DNA of 63,343 bases, filler included, from Octopus bimaculoides (taxonomy: Eukaryota): NCBI RefSeq assembly GCF_001194135.2. It is 5 parts of 5 records of this genome, joined end to end, with 100 filler letters (N's around TTAATTAATTAA, not from the genome) between each part and the next. Parts side by side here need not be neighbours in the genome. Positions count along the whole stretch, not along the records: positions 17,733 to 49,507 come from NC_069000.1; 4 more parts are not named here. One strand, 5' to 3'. Under the pieces are notes generated by a model that made no database searches, was not told the origin of the DNA, and saw only the letters and a list, made by a program, of their open reading frames with translations. A program made the position numbers and the translations under genes. Shown here in pieces: positions 34,873 to 48,250 of the stretch. Position 1 is the first letter of the stretch. Each line of letters starts with the position of its first letter.

Positions 34873-34933
34873 GCACGCACATATACATTTATATATGTAT
34901 ATATATATATTATATATGTATATATATATTATA

Positions 34934-34964
<31 letters not shown>

Positions 34965-35489
34965 CAACAAAAGAAGGTCGGAGAAAGAAAGCTGTCTTTG
35001 CATACACACATGCACACTAATATACATGCAGATGTACACAATAGGATATTTCTGAGATTTAGGGGTCATAAAAGGGGGGAGATAAACCTGAATAAACATT
35101 GTTAGACTGGTAAACATTGAAAACAAAGGGGGAAATATGTGTGGGGTTAGAAAAGGATTTGGGGCTGAATTGAAAGTCAGGAGAAAAATTAAAAGGCAGA
35201 TAGAGCTGGAAACACATCGCGAATGTTTGCCCAACTCTGAAAGGGCCATTGCATTGTAAACAAGGGGTCACCTATTGTGTGAAGTTCCATTGCTTCAGCG
35301 TCCGTCACTGTTCGATTATTAAAACAGATGGGTTGGATAGGTTAGCGAGTAGATATAGTTGTTCTTGTGTAACCCACAGGTCAGACTGTTGTTGTTGGTG
35401 TTATTGTTGTTGTTATTGTTGTCGGTCGGTCGGCGGTGGTGGTGGTAGTGGTGGTTGTAGACGGTAATGGGGTTCTGTATATCTGTCAA

Positions 35490-35563
35490 ATTAATTACAT
35501 GTACACAGATACATACACAAGAATATGTGTGTGTGTGTGTACATTCATATATTTACATACATA

Positions 35564-35627
<64 letters not shown>

Positions 35628-36960
35628 TGTACATACGTATAAAGATATATATATATACATATATATACATATACACACACACATGTACATATGTATAAAG
35701 ATATATATATATACATATATATACATATACACACACACATGTACATATGTATAAAGATATATATATATATACATATATGTAAATATATAATGCATATAGA
35801 CATATGTATATTTATGTGCATACATACACACATATATTCAAAATCGCACATACATGGCGGTGTGCGTACATTTATATATATGCATATATGTATATATATA
35901 CATGTATATATATACATACATGTATATATGCATATGTATATATATTTATATATATACATATGTATATATATTTATATATATACATATGTATATATATTTA
36001 TATATATACATATGTATATATATTTATATATATACATATGTATATATATTTATATATATACATATGTATATATATTTATATATATACATATGTATATATA
36101 TTTATATATATACATATGTATATATATTTATATATATACATATGTATATATATTTATATATATACATATGTATATATATTTATATATATATGTATTTATA
36201 TGTCTATATATTTATATGTTTATATATATATTTATATGTTTATATATATATATATTTATATGTTTATATATATATATGTTTATTTATATATATATTTATA
36301 TGTTTATATTTATATATATATATATATTTATATGTTTATATATATATATATTTATATGTTTATATATATATATATATATTAATATGTTTATATATATATA
36401 TATTAATGTTTATATATTTATGTTTATATATATATTTATTAATGTTTATATATTTAGATGTTTATATATTTATGTTTATATATATATATATTTATATGTT
36501 TATATATTTATATGTTTATATATTTATATGTTTATATATATATTTATATGTTTATATATTTATATGTTTATATATATATATTTATATGTTTATATATTTA
36601 TATGTTTATATATATATATTTATATGTTTATATATTTATATGTTTATATATATATATTTATATGTTTATATATATATATTTATATGTTTATATATTTATA
36701 TGTTTATATATATATATATTTATATGNNNNNNNNNNNNNNNNNNNNNNNNNNNNNNNNNNNNNNNNNNNNNNNNNNNNNNNNNNNNNNNNNNNNNNNNNN
36801 NNNNNNNNNNNNNNNNNNNNNNNNNNNNNNNNNNNNNNNNNNNNNNNNNNNNNNNNNNNNNNNNNNNNNNNNNNNNNNNNNNNNNNNNNNNNNNNNNNNN
36901 NNNNNNNNNNNNNNNNNNNNNNNNNNNNNNNTATATATAGGTATATATATACATGTATAT
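35490..36960. repeat. Large compound TA/CA/TATG microsatellite-minisatellite
   Basis: Includes a 26-bp-period array at about 35935-36190; source of the YIYI pseudo-ORFs. Confidence 0.95.
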
Positions 36961-37346
36961 ATATCTCAACAGAAGGAAGGGGAAGGGAGAAAGGGAGAGA
37001 AGAAAGAGAAAGGTTTATACAAATAAGCAATTAATCGTGTACACATCTAAACAGCCGGATACATAGAATTTAGCAAACACATACGTGAACGACCGCTAAG
37101 AGCTCAGACAAAAGAACAGTTTTACATAAGCATACATATATCTACATGCAAATATCAAGATGAATACAAACATACACAGGGTGGAAACAATGCTTTACAA
37201 AATTCACACACACACACACTCTCTCTCTCTCTCTCTCTCACACACGCGCGCGCGTACATATCCATATGCATATATACATAAATATGTTCTCATGCTTAAT
37301 AATACATACCTACATAAATGAATACATACATACATAGATACATGCA

Positions 37347-37404
<58 letters not shown>

Positions 37405-37955
37405 NNNNNNNNNNNNNNNNNNNNNNNNNNNNNNNNNNNNNNNNNNNNNNNNNNNNNNNNNNNNNNNNNNNNNNNNNNNNNNNNNNNNNNNNNNNNNNNN
37501 NNNNNNNNNNNNNNNNNNNNNNNNNNNNNNNNNNNNNNNNNNNNNNNNNNNNNNNNNNNNNNNNNNNNNNNNNNNNNNNNNNNNNNNNNNNNNNNNNNNN
37601 NNNNNNNNNNNNNNNNNNNNNNNNNNNNNNNNNNNNNNNNNNNNNNNNNNNNNNNNNNNNNNNNNNNNNNNNNNNNNNNNNNNNNNNNNNNNNNNNNNNN
37701 NNTGTTGAGTACTGGGGTCGATGTACTCGACTAGCCCCTCTCCTCAAATTTCGGGCCTTGTGCTTATAGTAGTAGAAATAATTATTATCGAATTTATTAA
37801 GGTGTTGAGCCGGAGGAATGGTTAGCGTGCCGGACAAAATTGTTTAGCTTTATTTCGTCCGTCTTTGCATTCTGAGTCCAAAATTCCGCCGAGGTCTGAT
37901 TTGTCTTTCATCCTTTTCATGGATCATTGAAGTCGAAGCGATCAGAATGTGTGCA

Positions 37956-38012
<57 letters not shown>

Positions 38013-38790
38013 ATATAGTTTATGCACGCCTACATGTATATCTATCTATCTATACACACATACATATCACGTAGGTATTGTAAATTTTAGAGGTAATACA
38101 GTTTGTGTATAAAGCTTGAAACACGTGTACCGCGGAATCCTTTGTGTTCTGTTTTCATTTTACGTTTTAATATACATACATACATATATATATAGATTGT
38201 ATATTAAATTTTAATCCATGTATACTCGTTAAACTCTAACATACGTTCTTTCGAACAAGCCCTCCTCTCCTTCCCCCCATACACATATATGCATTAAAAA
38301 AATATTCATTTTTTCCCCCCGTTGTCCTTAACAAAAGCTAATCTGTCTAACACAATACACAAACCCTCTCGACATTAAACATATATTACTCCCCGCTTAA
38401 ACTCTATACTCAGAAAACAACCGTTTCTTTCCATCAGAAAAAGGTCGAGGTGGCTGCGTTCAAACAGCTAATCATATGACTATAACTGCGTAGACAAAAC
38501 TTGTTCTTCTCCGGACTATACTTCATTCATTGATGTCAGTGGACTGCCATCAATGGAGTCGTAATAAACAATTGGATTCTTCGTGTCGTTCTGTACAATA
38601 TTAATATCTCTCTGTGTTCATCCTCCATTCTTAGCAAGTTCGTTCACCTGATGCTTTTATCTAAAGGTGTCATCAGGTAAACGAATTCTTTCTGGTTTTC
38701 TATTTGTTTCCAGAGATTAAGAGATTTATTGTATTGTATTTATTTTATTAAGTAGAATTTTTTTTAATGTCAGACTGGCGAAGTTTTAGT

Positions 38791-38837
<47 letters not shown>

Positions 38838-39074
38838 GTGTCTGTTTTTCTGTCTCTGTCTTTCTGTTGTCTCTCCGTTTGTTTGCCTGTCTTTCTGTCA
38901 ATCTATCTATCTAAATATTTGGTCCTGGATTAAGCCAGAGAAAGACAACAAGAATAAGAAAAGCACCAACGGTGGCCATGATGATTTTTTCACTTTCAAG
39001 ACAATGTTTTCTATTCTGGTTGTTACAGAATTCGTATCATTCTGTGTTGCATTTTGAAATGGCTTTACCTACGG

Positions 39075-40215
39075 AACAAAAATGGTTTCAAATTTTAGCA
39101 AAGAGTAATCGATTTTCAAGGGAGGGGAAGTCGATTATATCGATCGCAGTAATTGACTGGTACTTATTCTATCGACCCCGAAAAGATGAAAGGCAAAGTC
39201 GACCACAGCGGAATTTGAACTCAAAACATAAAGACGACAAGATTCCATTAATCATTTTGTCCGGCGTGCTAATGTTTTCTGCCAGTTGGTCGCTTTAACT
39301 AGGGACCAGTAACAGTTTCAGATTTTGGCACAAGAGCAGCAATTTCAGAGGAGAGGGAAGTCGATTAGATCGAACCTAGTATTTGACAGGTATTTATTTT
39401 ATTGACCTCGAAATATAAAAGGATAAGTCGACCTCGGCGCAATTCGAACTCAGAACGTAAAAAACGACAAAATACGTCTAAGCATTTTGTCCGGTGTGCT
39501 AACGGGTCTGCCATTTCGTTGCCTTTCCTACGGAACAATACTGAAAACATAAACATAGAAAATCGCTAATTTAATTGTTTCTAGTTTATGAATAAAGCCA
39601 ACAATATTTGAGATGTAGGGCGGCGAGCTAGCAGAAACGTTAGCACGCCGGGTAAAATGCTTAGTGGTATTTCGTCTATCTTTGTGCTCTGAGTTCAAAT
39701 TCTGCCGAGGTCGACTTTGCTTTTTATCTTTTCAGGGTCGATAAATTAAGAACCAGTTGCGTACTGGGGTCGATCTAATCGACTGACTCCTTCCCCCAAA
39801 ATTTCGGACCTTGTGCCTAGAGTAGAAAAGACTATTTGAGGAGGGGTTAGTTGATAGCATCATCTCCTGAGCTACATATGTAACGAAGTAGATCAAGACA
39901 TAGAAAGCAGGGTCGTACAGAAAGAATATATTTTAAAATTTAATTTCAATTTTATTGACCATCGGAGTTTGCATGCTGTTTTTGCCTTATATATGTATAT
40001 ATAAAAAATAAGTCATATATTAAGGTGGCGAGCTGGCACAATGCTTAGCGGCATTTCGTCCGTCATTACGTTCTTAGTTCAAATTCCGTGGAGGTTGACT
40101 TTGCTTTACATCCCTTTCGGGGTCAATAAAAACAGAGAACCAGTTGAACTCTGGGGCGATGCAATCAACTTAACCACTTCCCTGAAATTGCTGGCCTTGT
40201 GCCAAAATTTAAAAT
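39075..40215. mobile_element. Cluster of four type A SINEs arranged minus, minus, plus, plus
   Basis: Copies at about 39075-39295 (-), 39320-39520 (-), 39618-39830 (+) and 40023-40215 (+). Confidence 0.8.
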
Positions 40216-41050
40216 CAATAATCAAATTATATATCGCTCTATTGTGTTTCGTCATGCGCGTGATCTGCCTGTCCGTAGAAAAGAAAAAAAAAATTCTGGA
40301 ATGAAACCGGTCTGAGGTACAAGAATGCTTGAGGACCGCTGACGTACATGATAAAGATAAGAATGAAAAAAAAAAAACATAATTAAACAACTGCCAAAAA
40401 TACCCAATAAAGATTTCATTCGTATATAATTAGCTTATTTATATCACTATTTCTCGCTGAATCCGGAGCGATCTCTCACGAACCTCTAAGATTTCAGTAT
40501 GAGCTGGTTGGGAGACGCTGCTCTAGACATTACGGGATGGATGTTTATCTATAGTCTTCGCTGGGGTGGACGTTTATCTACATATACGTTCATTATTAGT
40601 TTACAAAACACACTTTAAGACATTCTCAGAGCAAGCCAAATACACACGCGGGTAGGCACACATATATATACGTATGTGTGTACGTATGTGTGTCAATGTG
40701 TACATGTATACGTACTAATACATAGGTGTGCTTATTAAGAGATTAGTGTCTGTCATATTTGACCATGCTAGAACACAGCCACACACACACACACACACAC
40801 ACACGCTTAGATGCACTCGCTCATTCACTCATGCAAACACACGCACAAACATTTACAAATACAGATGTCGTTAAACATGTTTGCACACTTAAAACCTACC
40901 CCGGGCTGTACGCGAACGGTCATTCATAGATTAGTTGCGCGTATAACTATGTATGTACACGCGCTAACACCCGGATCTACAAATACAGATGCAGGCAAAC
41001 ATGATTGTATATACAAATTCACACACTCATACATACACATATGTGATGTA

Positions 41051-41098
<48 letters not shown>

Positions 41099-41489
41099 GT
41101 ATATATAAAATGTATGTATGTGTGTGTATGTGTATATGTGTGTTTATATTTGTTTGTATGTGTACATGCGTTTATTTAGGGAAAAAGCGTTTCCCAAAAC
41201 GGGCTTCTTAATAATATAATCACTCTACATTTAGGTAAGTATACGTATACACATTTACACACAAACACACACACACGCAAACGTGCAGACGGGCAGGCAT
41301 ATACACCACATGTGTACTGTGTACGCACGTTTACGTGTATGTGCGTGCGTGTGTGTGTGAGGTAATAATAGAAATACGTACGCGCACACGCACAAACACA
41401 CACGCACAAAGTGTTTCCTGCTCATCTATTCACACGGAATAAAAAAATATAATTTCATATAAGAAGGAAAGATACATACACAGCAATAC

Positions 41490-41730
41490 TCTCTTTTACT
41501 CTTTTACTTGTTTCAGTCATTTGACTGCGGCCATGCTGGAGTACCGCTTTTAGTCGAGCAAATCGACCCCGGGACTTATGCTTTGGAAGCCTAGTACTAA
41601 TTGTATCGGTCTCTATTGCCGAACCGCTAAGTTACGGAGACGTAAACACACCAGCATCGGTTGGCAACCGATGTTGGGGGGGGGGGACACAAACACAGAC
41701 ACACAAACATATACACACATGCATATATAA
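41490..41730 (-). mobile_element. Type B SINE 3' half
   Basis: CTTTTACTTGTTTCAGTCATTTGACTGCGGCCATGCTGG tail motif. Confidence 0.8.
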
Positions 41731-41861
41731 ATATATATACTGTGGCAACTCTGTACAAGTTTTCGCTGTATTAGGCCTCATCAGAAAATTGTGATTAATG
41801 AGAGCGATGAGCAAAGGTTTGCCAATATCGGCGTGATGCATTTTTCTTGGGTACATAGAAC

Positions 41862-41899
<38 letters not shown>

Positions 41900-43278
41900 T
41901 CACACACACATATATGCATAGATATATGTATGTCATTATTCAGCTTATTTCAAGATTTTTTGCCAATAGAGAAAGAAGCAGTATTGGTGTTGTTATTTCC
42001 ATGTAAGTTAGCGGTTCGGCAAAAAGTCCGATAGAATAAGCACTACGTTTTAAAGAAAAAAATGTCCTAGGTCGATTTGTTCGACTAAAACCCTTCATGG
42101 TGGTGCTCCAGCATGGCAGTCAAGGAAATAGTTGGCATTGAGCTATAGTTAAAGGCACCCACCCCCAAGTTGTCACGCAGTGGGACTGAACCCGAGAACA
42201 CGCAGTTGGAAAAGGAGCTTCTTGACCGCACAGTTACATCCTTCCTCTTTTTCAAAATGGCAGGCAGTAATTTGATGCAAATCTGGTTGCTGTTATTAGC
42301 AAGGCCAAGCGGTGACGCTAGAAGAGGGGCCAAAATGTGTTTAGGGTCCGGGTAAATAATAACGGTTTCAGACGTGTTGGTGGAATTGATAATGTTGGTA
42401 CAAGTGGTGGTGGTGGTGATGATGGTGGTGGTGGGGGGCAGTGGATCCAGTGGACAACGACCAACGAGTCCAATACCCCTACTCCTCCCTACCCGACTCA
42501 GCAATCCCTCCTCCTCCTCCTTACATTCCCTGTCCTTCTTCCCCTCCCCTCCGAACCTCCTCCTCTTCCTTGCCTCTCCTTGCTAGCCATGTGTGGGAGA
42601 GGTGAAATAATTCATGTACAAACCTAAGCTATTCAAGAACTTAATTAAATCTCGTATTGACCGATCAAGCAAATAGGGGTGGGGCAGTCACCCCTACAGT
42701 CATCCCTAACACCCTTTTCTGTCCCCGTTTCCTGCTTCACCCCCCTTCCAGCCTCCTATTGCTGCTTGCCCCCTTTATCTTGCCCTCTGCATGATTAGAC
42801 CATTCTCTTTTACACCTGTTTTTGGAGCATCACCATCATGTGTCCCACACACACACACACACACACACACACATGCAAGCACACATACACATTGCAACAC
42901 GCACACACATATACAAACTTTCACACTAACATTCATAAACACGTACACACGCACACAGTCACACTAGATGATATCTGTGTTCGTGTCCATATATAAGGGA
43001 TATTGTGTGCTTACAGAAACACATACACGTACACAAAAATCTATACACATACATTCATGCATCCACACGCATATCTATACACCATATAATTTACACACGT
43101 ATACAGACACACACGCACATGCGCGTGCACACACAGAGTACATGCATATATACACACACATATACATATACATATATACATACATACATTTATATATAAA
43201 TACATATATACATGTGTGTGTATGTATATGTTTCCTTTATGAGGACATCATACATATATATGTATATATATATGTGTG

Positions 43279-43325
<47 letters not shown>

Positions 43326-43335
43326 ATATATATAC

Positions 43336-43409
<74 letters not shown>

Positions 43410-44317
43410 ATATATANNNNNNNNNNNNNNNNNNNNNNNNNNNNNNNNNNNNNNNNNNNNNNNNNNNNNNNNNNNNNNNNNNNNNNNNNNNNNNNNNNNN
43501 NNNNNNNNNNNNNNNNNNNNNNNNNNNNNNNNNNNNNNNNNNNNNNNNNNNNNNNNNNNNNNNNNNNNNNNNNNNNNNNNNNNNNNNNNNNNNNNNNNNN
43601 NNNNNNNNNNNNNNNNNNNNNNNNNNNNNNNNNNNNNNNNNNNNNNNNNNNNNNNNNNNNNNNNNNNNNNNNNNNNNNNNNNNNNNNNNNNNNNNNNNNN
43701 NNNNNNNNNNNNNNNNNNNNNNNNNNNNNNNNNNNNNNNNNNNNNNNNNNNNNNNNNNNNNNNNNNNNNNNNNNNNNNNNNNNNNNNNNNNNNNNNNNNN
43801 NNNNNNNNNNNNNNNNNNNNNNNNNNNNNNNNNNNNNNNNNNNNNNNNNNNNNNNNNNNNNNNNNNNNNNNNNNNNNNNNNNNNNNNNNNNNNNNNNNNN
43901 NNNNNNNNNNNNNNNNNNNNNNNNNNNNNNNNNNNNNNNNNNNNNNNNNNNNNNNNNNNNNNNNNNNNNNNNNNNNNNNNNNNNNNNNNNNNNNNNNNNN
44001 NNNNNNNNNNNNNNNNNNNNNNNNNNNNNNNNNNNNNNNNNNNNNNNNNNNNNNNNNNNNNNNNNNNNNNNNNNNNNNNNNNNNNNNNNNNNNNNNNNNN
44101 NNNNNNNNNNNNNNNNNNNNNNNNNNNNNNNNNNNNNNNNNNNNNNNNNNNNNNNNNNNNNNNNNNNNNNNNNNNNNNNNNNNNNNNNNNNNNNNNNNNN
44201 NNNNNNNNNNNNNNNNNNNNNNNNNNNNNNNNNNNNNNNNNNNNNNNNNNNNNNNNNNNNNNNNNNNNNNNNNNNNNNNNNNNNNNNNNNNNNNNNNNNN
44301 NNNNNNNNNNNNNNNNN

Positions 44318-44446
44318 GTTCGTTGTTAACACAACATTTCGGCTGATATACCCTCCAGCCTTCACCAGGTGTCTTGGGGAAATTTCGAACCTAGGTTCTC
44401 ATTCCTGAGGTATTTTTCAATGTTGTTGTTGTTGTTGTTATTATTA

Positions 44447-44485
<39 letters not shown>

Positions 44486-44574
44486 TTTTCATTATTATTC
44501 AGATCACTGCCTCGAATCGAACTCGGAACCTTGGGGTTAGTAGCCCGCGCTCTTAACCACTAAGCCATATGCCC
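44318..44574 (-). mobile_element. tRNA-headed SINE with hammerhead-containing tail (copy 1)
   Basis: Head GGGCATATGGCTTAGTGGTTAAGAGCGCGGGCTACTAACCCCAAGGTTCCGAGTTCGATTC, internal (AAT/AAC)n, tail GACAC-CTGGTGA-A-GGCTG..CAGCC-GAAAT-GTT-GTGTT. Confidence 0.8.
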
Positions 44575-44627
44575 TCACTGCTTGGAAACGAACTCGGAAT
44601 CTCTTAACTACAACGCTATATGCCCGT

Positions 44628-44855
44628 GGACATATGGCGTAGTGGTTAAGAGCGCGGGCTACTAACCCCAAGATTCCGAGTTCGATTCCAGGCAGTGACC
44701 TGAATAATAATAATAATAATAATAATAACATCGAAAAATACCTTAAGACTGAGAACCCAGGTTCGAAATTTCCCCAAGACACCTGATGAAGGATGGAGGG
44801 TATATCAACCGAAACGTTGTGTTAACAACAAAGAAGATAAGGACAAATATCCGTA
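44628..44855 (+). mobile_element. tRNA-headed SINE with hammerhead-containing tail (copy 2)
   Basis: The same family in the opposite orientation. Confidence 0.8.
44778..44823 (+). ncRNA. Minimal type I hammerhead ribozyme motif in the SINE tail
   Basis: GACAC-CTGATGA-A-GGATG-GAGGGTATAT-CAACC-GAAA-C-GT-T-GTGTT: helix I GACAC/GTGTT, intact core, palindromic ACGT in place of helix III. Confidence 0.65.
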
Positions 44856-46197
44856 GCAGTGTGGAAAACGGAAAAAGAGGAAAATAAAGAAGTGAAAAGC
44901 CAGAATAAAGCTTGTAGAATGAATCAACGGAAGGGGTTCAAAATCTGCGATACAGCTGCTCAATCTGGAGAGGGTGGTATTTTCCAATTCACTAAAAGGA
45001 ACTTTGTCTATATGTTTGCTTTTAGTGAAAATTTCTGATCTGGAATTCAACAGGGCAGTGGAATTCTTAGATCTAAAAAGGATATATAATCTTTCATCTG
45101 TGCACAAGTTCCATTTCTTAGATCCAATAACATATGGCATGGGTTTCTCTAGGATTTTTCCACTAGACTATATGTGGGTCTTCAAACTCCATACTGAAGT
45201 GCCGGAAAGAAGAGCTGCTTTCAGTTACCGCCTCCCAAATCTACTCACAAGGCTTTGGTCGGTCTGAGACTATAGTAGAAAACACTTGCCCAAAAAGCCA
45301 TGCAGTGGAACTGAACCCAGAACCACATGGATTGGTGTTCGTTATTTTATTTATAAACAGCAAACAAAAAAGTCCTCAAATTTCCCAAGGAAAGGAAATG
45401 AAATGAAATACAGTGAAACTTCTTTCAGATGCCATCTACTAAATCCACTCACAAGGCTTTGATCGGCCCAGGGCTAAAGTGATGGACTCTTGCCTAAGGT
45501 GCAAAACGTTGTGAGACTAAACACGGGACCATGTGGCTCGGAAGCGAACTTCATATCACACAGACTCACACACACAAACACACATACACACATGGGTGCG
45601 CGCACACGTACACACATGGGGGCGCACACGCATATGTGTGCGTGCATGACCCCCGACATTGTGAATGCGTGCCTACGTGTGTGTGTGTGTGTGTGCATGT
45701 GTACATTAAGTCTATACTTTTGCGTCAAATCTGTTTTAATGTCAACAGAAGTGAAAACTTCGTCGGTATACCTCTGTACCAAACAGTGACGCTATTCCGG
45801 GTTTATAAAGCTGAAGATGTCCACCCTGATGCCATTTGTCATAATAAATGCCCTTGTTATTTTTGGCATATTCAATTAGATCGAAGACAGTGAAACAGTT
45901 TAACCAGACGCGCTCGCGCACGAACACACACAAGAGAAAAAATAGAGATAACTGTGGAAATATAACCATGTCTCTTGTATTCTTGGACCTCACCAATTTC
46001 TTCTTCTTTCTCCCGCTCCACCACCTCCTGTTCCTTCTAGATTTTTCATTCCCGACGACACCACCACCACTACCACAAATAACAAGAACAACAACTTCAT
46101 CATCATCATCATAGTGAACGGTGTTGTCACCTAAAGTGAATTCTGCTACAAAACATCAAAAGGAATTATTTAAAAGACATATTTTGGCATAACATAG

Positions 46198-46260
<63 letters not shown>

Positions 46261-46496
46261 NNNNNNNNNNNNNNNNNNNNNNNNNNNNNNNNNNNNNNNN
46301 NNNNNNNNNNNNNNNNNNNNNNNNNNNNNNNNNNNNNNNNNNNNNNNNNNNNNNNNNNNNNNNNNNNNNNNNNNNNNNNNNNNNNNNNNNNNNNNNNNNN
46401 NNNNNNNNNNNNNNNNNNNNNNNNNNNNNNNNNNNNNNNNNNNNNNNNNNNNNNNNNNNNNNNNTACTACTCTTTCTCTCTATGTCTCTCTTCTTG

Positions 46497-46557
<61 letters not shown>

Positions 46558-46912
46558 GTTGCAAACGGGTTAAGAATCCATACAAATCAAAGGTTAATAG
46601 GAAAAACGTGGAAGTGGAAGCAGCATGGAGGTATGTTTAATGATTCTTTTTACATTTTTTTTCTTTGATCAGACAGGGTGAGTATTTTTATACTTATTAC
46701 ATTAAGTGACTTCTATAAACCATTACGGACTTCGATCTGTATGTTCTTTTTGGTTTCTAATTTTGGCACATGGCCAGTAATTTGGGGGAAGGGGACTGGT
46801 CGATTGCCTCGACCTCAGTACACAACTGGTATTTATTTTATCGATACCGACAACAAGGATGAAAGCCGAAGTCGAAATGTGGGGAATAGAAAATACACTG
46901 TGGGTAGTTAAG

Positions 46913-46947
<35 letters not shown>

Positions 46948-47651
46948 GCATTATGTGCCTTAAATCCTCTTTGGATACTTCCATGTAAGAAAGGGTTTTA
47001 ATGAAAGAAAGTTTAATTGTATTATTCTTTGAAATAATATTTAATTAGTTTAAATGTACACAAATGCATAAAAATAATTTTAAATTCCATTAGACATTCT
47101 AAAATACTATTAAATGTCATTCAATTTTAAAAAAGGTAAAATCGGACAGAACTTATGAGATGACCTAATATGCATGTGTGTGTTTGTGTGTGTTTATATA
47201 GGTAATTAATGGCAGATACTGGAAGATATTTCATTTCATTTTTATGGAGGGTGCTCAATATTAATTTTTACTTGTCGCAGAGGGTAAGTTAGCATTTAGT
47301 ATTATGGCGTTCATTTGCCAATATTTTAATATACTTTAAAATCTATACTGCGCTTTCTAATTCTAATTAGTATTAATTAGTTGCCGGCTCAGTCGTTTCT
47401 TCGTCTGAAAACGCTGACTAATACATAGTTGTCATAGAAACAAATGAAACTATGTCTCCTGTATTTGAAACGGTTCGGATGCAGTTTATAAAAATTTCTT
47501 TGGTGGATACAACTATTCGACTAAGCAGAAAGAAAACGAAAAACTGAAAGGGATTCTGTGTTTAGAGATGTTGGCATTTTAAAAAGAATCTTTACGTAAA
47601 CAGTAAGTTATTTTTCAAAGGTATTTTTATGAAAATTCTTGTGTAACGTAG

Positions 47652-47800
47652 GCAAGTTATGAAGTCAGCGATCTAATTGGAAAGACACTGAGACCATACA
47701 TCAAAGGCGAGTTTCTTAAGATGTGTATAGTATCTATTGCACGAATTTTAACTACAGAACAAAAAAAATAAAAAGATTAAAATACTAAATCTGTTAGTGA
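47652..47800 (+). pseudogene. hAT (Buster/Charlie/SPIN, GTF2IRD2-like) transposase remnant
   Basis: ASYEVSDLIGKTLRPYIKGEFLKMCIVSIARIL fits ASY.VS..IAK..KPF.EGEF.K.C. Confidence 0.65.
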
Positions 47801-48250
47801 AAGGGGAAAAGAAATACTCATTACAGACTGGCGGTGGTCTGCGACGGCAAGGTTTGTATTTTATTTAGAAAAATTGGCAGAAAGGGTGTAGAGAAATTAC
47901 TGTGAGGAGTGGAATTTGAAGCGTTTCGGGAATAGTCTTTCACCAGGGAAAAATTGACAGGAACGAAATTAAAGAACGGCAGCAGTATAAAGTATAATAA
48001 GCATCAACTATATTTGAGGAAAATGTAAAATTCTATTGTCGTTCTTTAATTTAATTCCTGTCAACTTTTTCCCTAGATTTTCCAACGCTGTCGGCAATTT
48101 CATTGTAAGAGGAGGTGGTGGGGGAATGAGTAATTTCCGTTAATCAAAATAAGTTCGTGCTTAGGACATCAAGGGAAGGGGACACTACAAAATGGCAAAT
48201 GGTTTACGGCACAAAAGAAATCACCTTAAACTTGCTAAAATAATATTCGG

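Noticed and set aside
45742-45900. Minus-strand peptide FTVFDLIEYAKNNKGIYYDKWHQGGHLQLYKPGIASLFGTE with a possible GAG|GTATAC donor
   Set aside because: No convincing acceptor and no recognised homology; not supportable without RNA-seq.
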